Assembly (NCBI RefSeq): GCF_018350175.1
Contig: NC_058368.1
Coordinates: 42,410,001 to 42,474,000 of the forward strand
Direction of reading: 5' to 3'
Length of the DNA: 64,000 nucleotides
From: Felis catus
Lineage: Eukaryota
Shown: positions 27,420 to 39,938 of the stretch, piece after piece
Layout: each line of letters starts with the position of its first letter
How positions within the stretch are numbered: position 1 is the stretch's first letter
Notes under the pieces: model-generated
The model's database searches: none
What the model was told of the DNA's origin: nothing
What the model saw: only the letters and a program-made list of their open reading frames with translations
Program-made: the position numbers and the translations under genes

Positions 27420-27588
27420 TAATGTTATCTACCATTCATTAAAAACCAACTAGATATCACACACCCTTCAAAGAATATCATATATATTATCTCAAATAAT
27501 ATCACAGAAGCTTTATAGAGTTTTTATTATGTTCTCTGTATATATCAGAAAATTGAGGATCAGTGACATTAAATATTTTACACAGTGC
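27420..27588 (-). mobile_element. MIR, left part; target of the outer L1 (continues at about 41895-41960)
   Basis: ATATATTATCTCA...AGAAAATTGAGGATCAGTGACATTAAAT on the left; CCAGAATTTGAAGTCAGGTATATTTGACTC beyond the L1. Confidence 0.6.
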
Positions 27589-27596
27589 TGGAGACC

Positions 27597-27605
27597 CAAG
27601 ATGGC
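27597..27605. promoter_or_regulatory. YY1-type motif of the L1 internal promoter (outer copy)
   Basis: CAAGATGGC about 10 bp inside the L1 5' end, the position of the YY1 site in mammalian L1s. Confidence 0.7.
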
Positions 27606-29255
27606 AGAGCAGTATGGAAATTTTCTGCTTCTCTCACCCCTGAAATGCAGCCAGATCAACACCAAACCATCTTGCACACCTAGAAAATTGATCTGAGGAT
27701 TAACACAACAATCTTCATAACCTGAGCCACATAACTCGGCAGGTACACAGCACAGAGAGGTGAACAGGGGGGCAGAGAGAAGCTGCAGAGGGTATGGAGA
27801 TGTTTTTGCTTGTGGAGAGAGGATGGAGACGGGGAGAGTACAAGGAAAGCACTCCTGCTGAAAGTAGCTAGAGAGAAAGAGAAAGAGTGGAAATACCCAT
27901 AAGGGACTGAGAGAGAAAGGAGAAAGAAGAAAGGAGAAAGGAGAGGGTTAAAATACCACTAGGACTCTATAAACAGGGAGCACAGAGTCTGAAACTCCGC
28001 AGCTCTATACCTGGAGGTGCTCTGGTGGGAAGGGCGAATCCCTAGGAGCAGACAGTGAGGGCCAAGGGGGCCTCAGGCCACACAGGGAGAGGTGGTTCCC
28101 CTGCTGAGAGGACATTTGGTAAAGGTTGTGGAGCCTCCCCACAGGCAAAGGTCCCACAGGCAAACAGTCATGTTTGCTGGTGTTAGAACAAGGACATTAG
28201 CGGGCAGAGAAGTCTGGTGCCAGATGTATGTTGTGATTTACCATCATCCCTGAAACACTGGTGCTACATGATCATATGAAATTTTTCTGGGGCATGCTGG
28301 CACCCAGCCACAGTCTCTGGGCATCTGTAACAACATGGTCATGCAAACGTTCCTGGGTGCAGGCTGGCACCTGGCCATAGTTTGACGAAACCCTCCCCCA
28401 GAGGGTTGGAGTGGATCAAACCACAGGGCCCTCAGAAGTCAGGGGTTTGGAAACACAACCCCATCTGAAATAAAATTTGGGAGGAAGGTGCTGCCTGGCA
28501 GCCTGACAGCTTGGTCGTGGATGGCACAGAAGTGGGAGTGTTGAACAGAAACTGGAGACAAAGGAGGGGTGCTTGATTGTCAGTTTGCAAGAGCAGAGTT
28601 CTGATGCTAGAGACTGAGTAGCTGGGTGACGCCATTTTCACCTCTCCTGTGCATGCACATACACATGTACACAGGCCACAGAGATCCACCCCAGTGAACT
28701 AAGCATTGCTATCTAGTGGAGAATGTAGTCACAATGTCCAACTATACCAACCCCGCTCTAGAGGAACACCACAAGTCTCTCCTCCTACTTAGTTTACAGA
28801 CTATAAAGTGCTGCATATTTAACTTCTAGGGGAAACTGGATGTAATTTCAATCATATTTCATTCTGTTCATGGACCATCTATTCAAATGTTTTTTTCTTT
28901 TTCTTTTATTTTTGAATACAGAAAGAGAAAAAATTATTTTTATTTTCCGTTTTTATAAAAAATATTTTTCTGTAATTTTCCACTACATTATTTTCTAAAT
29001 TTTTAAATTCTATTTTACTTTTGTACGTTCATTTTATTCTATTTTATTATATTATTTTTTTTTAATTTTCAGATGTTTTCCTACTTTTTTCCCTTTTTTT
29101 TTTTCTTTCCCTTTTTTCTCTATTCTATCAAGCTTATTTCAACAACCAGACCAAAACACATCTAGGATCTAGCACCCTTTAGTTGATTTTTTGTGTGTTG
29201 TCCTAAATTTTTTAATTGTAATTTTTTATTTTGTTAATTCTTTTTTTCTTCCAAA

Positions 29256-30123
29256 ATGATGAAACAAAGGAATTCATCCCACAAGAAAGAACAGGAAGAA
29301 ATGACAGTCAGGGGCTTAATCTATACACATACAAGAAATATAGCTGAACCAGAATTTAGAATCACGATAATAAGAATACTAGCAGGGGTTGAAAAAAGCA
29401 TAGAATCCCTTTCTGTGGAGATAAAAGAAGTAAAATCTAGCCAGGACAAAATTAAAAATGCTATAACTGATATGCAATCTCGAATGGATGCCACCGCGGC
29501 AAGGATGAATGAAGCAGAGCAGCAAATCAGAGATATACAAGACAAATTATGGAGAATAATGAGGCAGGAAAAAAAGAGGGGAACTAAGGCAAAAGAGCAC
29601 AATATAAGAATTAGAGAATTCAATGACTCGTTAAAAAGGAATAACATCTGAATCATAGGGGCCCCAGAAAATGAAGAAACAAAAAAAGAGTTTGAAGGAT
29701 TATGTGAGAAAATCATAGCAGAAAACCTTGCTAACCTGGGGAAAGAGGAAAGACAGACACTAAAATCAATGGAAGCAAAGAGAACTCCCATTAGAGTCAA
29801 CAAAACCTGGCCATCAACAAGGCATATCACAGTCAAATTCACAAAATACACAGACAAGGGAAGAGTCATGAAAGCAGCAAGGAAAAATAAGCCCTTAACC
29901 TACAAGATCAGGTTCACAGCCAACTTATCCACAGAAACATGGCAGGCCAGAAAGGAGTGGCAGGATATATTCAATGTGCTGAATTGGAAAAATATGCAGC
30001 CAAGAATTCTTTATCCAGCAAGACTATCATTCAAAATAGAAGGAGAGATAAAGTCAAACAAACACTAAAGGAGTTCATGAACACTAAACCAGCCACACAA
30101 GAAATTTAAGGGGGACTCTCTGA
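29256..30123 (+). pseudogene. L1 ORF1p remnant (outer copy), frameshifted
   Basis: EPEFRITIIRILAG coiled-coil region and RKEWQDIFNVL..NMQPRILYPARLSFKIEGEIK motif lie in separate frames. Confidence 0.93.
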
Positions 30124-30216
30124 AGGGAGAAAAGACAAAACACAACAAAGGACCAAAAGAAAGACTAGGACGGAGCAGAGAACACCAACAGAAATTTCAA
30201 CTCTACAGGCAACACA

Positions 30217-32430
30217 ATGGCAATAAATTCATATCTTTTGGTACTCGCTCTAAATGTCAATGGAGTAAATGCTCCAGTCAAAAGACATAGGGTAACAGAA
30301 TGGATAAAAAATACCCATCTACATACTGTTTACAAGACACCCATTTTAGACCTCTAGACACCATCAGATTGAAAGTGAGGTAATGGAAAACGATTTATCA
30401 TGATAGTGGTCACCAAAAGAAAGCCAGAGTAGCCATACTTATATAAGACAATCTAGACTTTAAAATGAAGACTAACAAGAGATGAAGAAGGGCATTATAT
30501 CATAATTAAGGGGTCTATCCACCAAGATGACCTAATCATTGTAAACAGTTATGCCCCCAATGAGGAGCAAACAATTACATAAATCCATTAATCACAAACA
30601 TAAAGAAACTCATTCACAATTCCACAATAGTAGGGGACTTCAACATCCCACTTAGAGAAATGCACAGATAATTTAAGCAGAAAATCAACAAGGAAACAAT
30701 GGCTTTGAATGACACACTGGATCAATGGACTTAACACACGTATTCAGAACATTTCATCTTAAAGCAGTAAAATATACATTCTTCTCAAGTGCACATTAAA
30801 CATTCTCCAGAACAGATTATATACTGGGACACAAATCAGCTCTCAACAAGTACTAAAAGATCAAGATCATACTGTGCATATTTTCAGACCACAATGCTAT
30901 TAAACTTGAAATCAACCGCAAGAAAAAAAAATGGAAAGACAACAAATACTTGGAAAGTAAAGAACATCCTAGTAAAGAATGAATGTGCTAACCAAGAATT
31001 TAAAGAGGAAATTAAAAAGAACATGGAAGCCAACGAAAATGATAACACAACAGTCCAAAACCTCTGGGATGAAGCAAAGGCGGTCACAAAAGGAAAGTAT
31101 ATAGCAATCCAGGCCTTCCTAAAGACGGAAGAAAGGTCTCAGATACACAACCTAACCTTACACTTAAAAAGCTGGAAAAAGAACAGAAAATAAAACCCAA
31201 AACCAGCAGAAGGTGGGAAATAATAAAGATTAGAGTAGAAATCAATGCCATCAAAACGAAAAACAAACAAACAAAACCAAAACAAAACAAAACAGTAGAA
31301 CAGATCAATGAAAGCAGGAACTGATTCTTTGAAAGAATTAACAAAACCAATAAACCCCTAGCCAGTTTGATCAAAAAAAGGAAAAGGACCCAAATAAATA
31401 CAATCAAGAAAGAAAGAGATCACAACCAACACTGCAGAAATACAAACAATAAGAGAATATTATGAGCAATTATATGCCAATAAAATGGGCAATTTGGAAA
31501 AAATGGACAAATTCCTAGAAATATATAAACTATCAAAACCAAAACAGGAAGAAATAGAAAATTTGAACAGACCCATAACCAGCAAAGAAATTGAATTAGT
31601 AATCAAAAATCTGCCAAAAAACAAGAGTCTAGGGCTGGATGGCTTTCTGGTGGAATTCTACCAAACATTTACGGAACAGTTAACACCTATTCTCTTGAAG
31701 CTTTTCCAAAAAAATAGAAATGGAAGGAAAACTTCCAAACTCTTTCTATAAGGCCAGCACTACCTTGATTCCAAAACAAGACAGAGAAGAGAACTAAAAG
31801 AGAACAAAAAGGAGAACTATAGACCAATTTCCCTCATAAACATGGACTCAAAAATCCTCAACAAGAGCCAACCAGATCCAACAAAACATTAAAAAATTAT
31901 TCACCACGACCAAGTAGGATTTATACCTGGAATGCAGGGCTGGATCAATATCCACAAAGCAATCAATGTGATACATCACATCAATAAAAGAAAGGACAAC
32001 AACCACGTGATCCTCTCAAAAGATGCAGAGAAAGCATTTGACAAAATACAGGGTCCTTTCTTGATAAAAACCCTCAAGAAAGTAGGGCTAGAAGGAGCAT
32101 ACCTCAAGATCATAAAAGTCATATCTGAAAGACTCACCATTAATATCAACCCCAATGGGGAAAAACTGAGAGCTTACCCCTAAGGTCGGGAACAAGACAG
32201 GGATGTCCACTCTCACCACTGTCATTCAACATAGTATTAGAAGTACTAGCCTCAGCAATCAGACAACACAAAGGAATAAAAGGCATCCAAATCAGCAAGG
32301 AGGAAGTCAAAGTTTCACTCTTTGCAGACAACATGATACTCTATATGGAAAACCCAAAAGATTCCACCAAAAAATTGTTAGAACTGATCCATTAATTCAG
32401 CAAAATTGCAAGATATAAAATCAATGGGCA
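30217..32430 (+). pseudogene. L1 ORF2p remnant, 5' part: endonuclease and most of the RT (outer copy)
   Basis: MAINSYL..LNVNG start, [26 protein letters not shown]; catalytic motif reads FADN; many stops and frameshifts. Confidence 0.93.
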
Positions 32431-32440
32431 GGGGAGGAAC

Positions 32441-32450
32441 CAAGATGGCG
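32441..32450. promoter_or_regulatory. YY1-type motif of the L1 internal promoter (inner copy)
   Basis: CAAGATGGCG at +11 of the element. Confidence 0.75.
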
Positions 32451-33780
32451 GAACAGCATGGAAGTTTTTTGTGTGTCTTGCATCCATGAAATACAGCCAG
32501 ACCAACACTAAACCATCCTACACACCTAGAAAACTGACTGGAGGATTAACACAACAATATGCACAACCTGAACCACAGAATTCAGCAGGTATGTGGGGCG
32601 GAGAGGTGAACTTGGGGAGAGAGAAGCCAGCGGTAGGCAGGGAGCCGCTTTGCAGGTAGAGAAAGGATGGAGACTGAGGGTGGGGAGAATACGGGAAAAG
32701 TACCCCTCCCCAAAAGCAGCTGGAGAGAAAGTGGGAAATTGGAAACAGCCGCAGGGACTAAACTAAAAAGGGAGAAAGGAGAAAGGAGAGGGTTTAAATT
32801 CCATTAAGACTGTAAACAAGTGGAGCACAAAGTCTGGAATTCTGCAGCTCGATACCTGGTGGTGCTTTGGTGAGAAGGGCGACTCCCCAGGAATAGAGTG
32901 GGGTCCAGGAGGTTTTCGGAGCACATGGGGAAAAGCGGTTCCACTGCTGGAAGGACATTTGGTAGAGGCTGTTGAAGCCACCTGGTCCCAGCAGACCCCA
33001 GAAAATGGCTACATTTGCTGGTGTTGGAAGAATGTCGTGTGAAGCCTGGTGCCAGATTTGTGTTGTGATTTTCCATAATCCCTGAAACGCTGCTGCTACA
33101 TTATCTCGTGAACTTTTTCTGGGACAGGCAGGCACCTGGCTACAGTCTCGGGGCACCGGCATTAGCAGGGTCCAGCAAGCGTTCCTGGGTGCAGCCGACA
33201 TTCAGCCATTGCTCATTCAGCCATTGCTGGGTGAGACCCTCCCACAGAGGAGTAGAACGAGTCAAAGCCACAGTCCTTCAGAAGTAAGGGGTGGGGGAAA
33301 ATAGCCTCATCTGAGACAGAACTCTGGAGAGAGGTACTGCCTGGGGCTTGGTCACAGACAGTGAAGAAGTGGGGAGTGGATGAAAGCTGAAGACAGAGGA
33401 CAGGTGCGTCAATAATCAGTGATTACTGATCAGAGAGAACAGAGCTCCCATACTAGAGACTGGGGTAGCTGGGTGATGGCAATTTCACCACTCCCGCATA
33501 GGCGCATACGCACCTACGAGGGCTGCAACATACCACCCCAGTAAGCTAGCAGCGCCATCTAGTGGAGAATGGAGCCGTTACACTAAGCCCCCCCCCCCCA
33601 ACTGGGCCAACCTCGCTCTTCAAGAACACAAGTCTCATCGCCTACTTAGTTTATAGACTATAAAGCGCTACATAGTCTGACTTCTAGGGGAAAACGAAAT
33701 AATTTCAGTCCTATTTCAATCTGTTAGCAGGTCCATCTATTCAATTTTTTTTCTTATTTTTCTCTTTTATACTATTCTTT

Positions 33781-34400
33781 TTCTTGAATATAGAAAGAGA
33801 AAAAATCATTTTTATTTTCAATTTTTATTAAAAATACTTTTAATTTTTTTACTATATTTTTTACTTTTGTGTAATTTTTTTCAAATTCTATCTTACTTCC
33901 ATCATTCTATTTTAGTCTACTTCAGTGTATTCACCTTTTCAAATTTTCAAACAATTTCCTTGTTTTATTTATTTTTCTTCTTTCTTTTTTATGTTTCTTT
34001 TCTTTTCTTGAATTCAGGAAGTGAAAAACTTCATTTTTACTTTCAATTTCTATTAAAAATATTTTTCTTTAATTTTTTTACAATTTTTTTTGCTTTTATG
34101 TCAATTTTTTCAAATTATATTTTACTTCCATCATTTTATTTTAGTCTATTGCAGTGTATTCACTTTTCAAAATTTTCAAACGAGTTCTTCATTTTCTTTT
34201 TGTTTCTTTTCTCTTTCTTGAATACAGAAAGAGAAAAAATTCATTATTTTTAATTTTTATTAAAAATATTTTTCTTTAGTTTTTTCCTACTATATTCTTT
34301 ACTTTTGTGTAAGTTTTTTCAAATTCTATTTTACTCCCATCATCTAATTTTAGTCTACTTCAGTGTATTCATTTTTTTTCAAATTCTCAAACGATTTCCT
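33781..34400 (+). repeat. Three tandem T-rich units of about 210-224 bp in the inner L1 5'UTR
   Basis: Units start TTCTTGAAT at 33781, 34005 and 34215 and share a core approximating TTTTAGTCTACTTCAGTGTATTCA...TCAAATTTTCAAAC. Confidence 0.9.
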
Positions 34401-34588
34401 TCCCTCCCCCATTTTTTTCTCTAATGTTAAACCACTTTCAACACCCAGACTGAAACACACCTAGGATCTAGCATCATTTATTCGATTTTTGTGTCTGTGT
34501 TTTTAATTTCTTAATTTAATATTTTTTTTAATTTTAATTTTTTTAATTTTAATTTTTCTATATCATTAATTCCTTTTCTCCCTTCAAA

Positions 34589-35463
34589 ATGTCAAAATGA
34601 AGGAATTCACCCTAAAAGAAAGAGCACAAAGAAATGACAGCCAGGAATTTAATCAACACAAATACAATCAAGATGTCTGAACCAGAATTTAGAATCACGA
34701 TAATAAGAATACTAGCTGGAGTCAAAAATAGATTAGAATCCTTTTCTGCAGAGATAAAAGAAGTAGAAACTAGTCAGAATGAAATTAAAAATGCTATAAG
34801 TGAGCTGCAATCATGGATGCATGCAGCAGCAGCAAGGATGGATGAGGCAGAACAAAGAATCAGTGCTATAGAGGACAAACATAGAGAATAATGAAGCAGA
34901 AAAAAACAGGGAGATGAAGGCAAAAGAGCATGATTTAAGAATTAGAGAAATCAGTGACTCATTAAAAAGGAACATCAGAATCATAGGGGTCCCAGGAAAG
35001 GAAGAGAGAGAAATAGGAGTAGAAAGGTTATGTGAGCACATCGTAGCGGAAAACTTTCCTAACTGGGGGAAAGACACAGACATCAAAATCCAGGAAGCAC
35101 AGAGGACCCCCATTAGATTCAACAAAAACCGACCATCAACAAGGCATATCATACTCAAATTCACAAAATTCTCAGGCAAGGAGAGAATCATGAAAGCAGC
35201 AAGGGAAAAAAGTCCCTAACCTACAAGGGAAGACAGATCAGGTCTGCAGCAGACCTATCCATAGAAACTTGGCACACCAGAAAGAGTGGCAAGATAAATT
35301 CAATGTGCTTAATGAGAAAAATATGCAGCCAAGAATTCTTTATCCAGCAAGGCTGCCATTCAAAATAGAAGGAGAGATAAAAAGTTTTCCAGACAAACAA
35401 AAATTAAAAGAGTTTGTGACCACTAAACCAGCACTGCAAGAAAGTATAAGGGGGACTCTCTGA
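34589..35463 (+). pseudogene. L1 ORF1p remnant (inner copy)
   Basis: ATG at 34589, in-frame TGA at codon 4 and TAA at codon 9; fragments MSEPEFRITIIRILAG, NIRIIGVP and NMQPRILYPARL..KLKEFVTTKPALQE. Confidence 0.95.
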
Positions 35464-35472
35464 GGGGAGAAG

Positions 35473-35515
<43 letters not shown>

Positions 35516-35582
35516 AAAAGCAACAAAATATTAGAAAGGACCAGAGAACGCCAACAGAAATTCTAACTCTACAAGCATCATA

Positions 35583-38500
35583 ATGGCAATAAACTCATAT
35601 CTTTCAGTACTCACTCTAAACGTCAATGGACTCAATGCTCCAATCAAAAGATACAGGGTAACAGAATGGATAAGAAAACAAGACCCATATATATGCTGTT
35701 TACAAGAGACCCACTTTAGACCTAAAGACACCTTCAGATTGAAAATAAGGTGATGGAGAACCATCTATCATGCTAATGGTCAACAAAAGAAAGCCAGAGT
35801 AGCCATACTTATATCAGACAATCTAGACTTTAAAATAAAGACTGTATCAAGAGATGCAGAAGGGCATTATATCATAATCAAGGGGTCTATCCACCAAGAA
35901 GACCTAACAATTGTAAACATTTATGTGCCAAATGTGAGAGCACCCAAATATATAAATCAATTAATCACAAACATAAAGAAACTCATCGATAGTAATACCA
36001 TAATAGTAGGAGACTTCAACATCCCACTTACAGCAATGGACAGATCACCTAATCAAAAAATCAACAAGGAAACAATGGCTTTGAATGACACATTGGACCA
36101 GATGGACTCAACAGATATATTCAGAACAATTCATCCTAAAGCAGCAGAATCTACATTCTTCTCCAGTGCACATGGAACGTTCTCCAGAATAGACCACATA
36201 CTGGGACACAAGTCAGCCCTAAGTAAGTACAAAAATATCAAAACCTTACCATGCATATTTTCAGACCACAATGCTATGAAATTCGAAATCAACCACAAGA
36301 AAAAGTTTGGAAAGGTAATAAATACTTGAAGACTAAAGTCATGCTATTTAAGAATAAATGGGCTAACCAAGAAGTTGAAGAAGAAATTAAAAAGTATACG
36401 GAAGTCAATGAAAATGATAACACCACAACCCAAAACCTCTGGAACGCAGCAAAGGCGGTCATAAGAGGAAAGTATATAGCAATCCAGGCCTTCTTTTTTT
36501 TTAATTTTTTTTTCAACGTTTATTTATTTTTGGGACAGAGAGAGACAGAGCATGAACGGGGGAGGGGCAGAGAGAGAGGGAGATACAGAATCAGAAACAG
36601 GCTCCAGGCTCTGAGCCATCAGCCCAGAGCCTGACGCGGGGCTCTAACTCACGGACCGCGAGATCGTGACCTGGCTGAAGTCGGACGCTTAACCGACTGC
36701 GCCACCCAGGCGCCCCAATCCAGGCCTTCTTAAAGAAGGAAGAAAGATCTCAGTTACACAACCTAACCTTACACCTTAAGGAGAAGGGAAAAGAACAGCA
36801 AATAAAACCCAAAACCAGCAGAAGACAGGAAATAATAAAGATTAGAGCAGAAATTAATGTTATTGAAACCAAGAAAACAGTAGAACAGATCAATGAAACC
36901 AGAAGCTGGTTCTTTGAAAGAATTAACAAAATTGATAAACCACTAGCCAGTTTGGTCAGGAAGAAAAAGGAAAGGACCCAAATACATAAAATCAAGAATG
37001 AAAGAGGAGAGATCACAACCAACACTGCAAAAATATAAACAATAATAAGAGAATATTATGAGCAATTATATGCCAATAAAATGGGTAATCTGGAAGAAAT
37101 GGAAAAATTCCTAGAAACATATACACTACGAAAACTGAAACAGGAAGAAATAGAAAATTTGAACAGACCCATAACCAGTAAGGAAATCGAATTAGTAATG
37201 AAAAATCTGCCAAAAACCAAGAGTCCAGGGCCTGATGGCTTTCCTGGGGAATTCTACCAAATATTTAAGGAAGAGTTAACACCTATTGTCTTGAAGCTGT
37301 TCCAAAAAATAGAAATGGAAGGAAAACTTCCAAACTCTTTCTATGAAACCAGCATTACCTTGATTCCAAAAACAGACAGAGACCCCACTAAAAAGGAGAA
37401 CTATAGACCAATTTCCCTGATGAACATGGATGCAAAAATCCTCAACAAGATATCAGCCAACCGGATCCAACAATACATTAAAAAAAATTTATTCACCATG
37501 ACCAAGTGAGATTTATACCTGGGATGCAGGGCTGGTTCAATATCCGCAAAACAATTAATGTGATTCATCACAACAATAAAAGAAAGGACAAGAACCATAT
37601 GATTCTCTCAGATGCAGAGAAAGCATCTAACAAAATACAGCAACGTTTCTTGATAAAAACTCTCAAGAAAGTAGAGATAGAAGGAGCATACCTCGAGATC
37701 ATGAAAGCCATATATGAACGACCCAACACTAATATCATCCTCAGTGGGGAAAAACTGAGAGCTTTCCCCCTAAGATCAGGAACAAGACAGAGATGTCCAC
37801 TCTCACCACTGTTTTTCAACACAGTATTGGAAGTCTTAGCCTCAGCAATCAGACAACACAAAGAAATAAAAGTCATCCAAATCGGCCAGGAGGAGGTCAA
37901 ACTTTCACTCTTCACAGATGACATGATACTCTATATGGAAAACCCAAAAGATTCCACCAAAAAAACTGCTAGAACTGATTCACAAATTCAGCAAAGTTGC
38001 AGTATATGAAATCAATGCACAGAAATTGGTTGCATTCCTATACACCAACAATGAAGCGACAGAAAGAGAAATCAAGGAATCAATCCCATTAACAGTTTCA
38101 CAAAAAAACATAAAATATCTAGGAATAAATCTAACCAAAGAGGTGAAAAACCTATATACGCTGAAAACTATAGAAAGCTCATGAAAGATATTGAAGAAGA
38201 CACCAAAAAAATGGAAAAAGCTTCCATGCTCTTGCATAGGAAGAACAAATGTTGTTAAAATGTCAATACCACCCAAAGCAATCTACATATTCAATGTAAT
38301 CCCGATCAAAGTAACACCAGCATTCTTCACAGAGCTAGAACACATAATCCTAAAATTTGTATGGAACCAGAAAAGACCACGAAGAGCAAAAGCAATCTTG
38401 AAAAAGAAAACCAAAGCAGGAGGCATCACAATTCCAGACTTCAAGCTATACTACAAAGCTGTAACAATCAAGGCAGTATGGTACTGGCACAAGAGCAGAC

Positions 38501-39491
38501 ACTCTGATCAATGGAACAGAACAGAGACCCCAGAAATGGACCCACAAAAGTATGGCCATCTAATCTTTCACAAACAGGAAAGAATATCCAATGGAATAAA
38601 GACAGTTTCTTCAGCAAGTGGTGCTGGGAAAACTGGACAGCAACATGCAGAAGAATAAACCTAGACCACTTTCTTACACCATACACAAAAATAAACTCAA
38701 AATGGATGAAAGACCTCAATGTAAGACAGGAAGCCATCAAAATCCTCAAGAGAAAGCAGGCAAAAACCTCTTTGATCTTGCCCGCAGCAACTTCTTACTC
38801 ACCATGTCTCTGGAGGCAAGGGAAACAAAAGCAAAAACAAACTACTGAGACCTCATCAAAATAAAAAGCTCTGCACAGTGAAGGAAACAATCAGCAAAAC
38901 TAAAAGGCTACTTAGAGAATGGGAGAAGATATTTGCAAATGATATATCAGATAAAGGGTTAGTATCCAAAATCCATAGAGAACTTATCAAACTCAACACC
39001 CAAAAAACAAATAATCCAGTGAAGAAATGGGCAAAAGACATGAATAGAAACTTCTTCAAAGAAGGCATCCAGATGGCCAATTGACACATGAAAATATGCT
39101 CCACATCACTCATCATCAGAGAAATACAAATCAAAACCACAATGAGATACCACCTTACACTTGTCAGAATGGCTAACAGTAACAACTCAGGCAATAAGAG
39201 ATGTTGGCGAGGATGCAGAGCAAAAGGATCTCTTTTGCATTGTTGGTGGGAATGCAAACTGGTGCACCCACTCTGGAAAACAGTATGGAGGTTTTTCAAA
39301 AAACTAAAAATAGAACTACCCTACAACCCAGCAATCGCACTACTAGGCATTTATCCACGGGATACAGGTGTGCTGTTTCGAAGGGACACATGCACCCCCA
39401 TGTTTATACCAGCACTATCAAAAATAGCCAAAGTATTGAAAGAGCCCAAATGTCCCTCGATAGATGAATGGATAAAGATGTGGTGTGTGTG

Positions 39492-39534
<43 letters not shown>

Positions 39535-39652
39535 AATGGAGTATTACTCAGCAATCAAAAAGAATGAAATCTTGCCATTTGCAACTATGTGGATGGAACT
39601 GGAGGGTATTATGCTAAGTGAAATTAGTCAGAGAAAGACAAAAATCATATGA
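35583..39652 (+). pseudogene. L1 ORF2p remnant (inner copy): endonuclease, RT and C-terminal Cys-rich region
   Basis: [56 protein letters not shown]; several frameshifts and a SINE insertion. Confidence 0.96.
36496..36716 (-). mobile_element. Young felid SINE (SINEC_Fc-like) inside the inner L1 ORF2
   Basis: CpG-rich, closely similar to the 10352 copy; perfect TSD AATCCAGGCCTTCTT at 36481-36495 and 36717-36731. Confidence 0.98.
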
Positions 39653-39938
39653 CTTCACTCATATGAGGACTTTAAGAGACAAAACAGATGAACATAAGGG
39701 AAAGGAAACAAAAATAATATAAAAACAGGGAGGGGGACAAAACAGAAGAGACTCATAAATATGGAGAACAAACTGAGGGGGTTATGGGAGGGGTTATGGT
39801 AGGGGGGATGGGCTAAATGGGTAAGGGCCACTAAGGTATCTCCTCCTGAAATCATTGTTGCACTATATGCTAACTAATTTGGATGTAAATTTTAAAAAAT
39901 AAAAAATAAAACAAGTTAATAAAAAAAATCAATGCACA

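Larger units (their letters stand above)
32431..39924 (+). mobile_element. Full-length LINE-1, inner and younger copy (about 7.26 kb without its SINE), inserted in the outer ORF2
   Basis: Starts GGGGAGGAACCAAGATGGCG and ends in an A-rich tail; TSD AAAATCAATGGGCA (32417-32430) / AAAATCAATGCACA (39925-39938); the flanks rejoin to match the uninterrupted homologous site at 37991-38046. Confidence 0.97.

Noticed and set aside
29321..39299. Long minus-strand ORFs (for example 182, 126 and 147 aa) opposite L1 ORF1/ORF2
   Set aside because: These are antisense shadows of A-rich L1 coding sequence with no independent protein signature.
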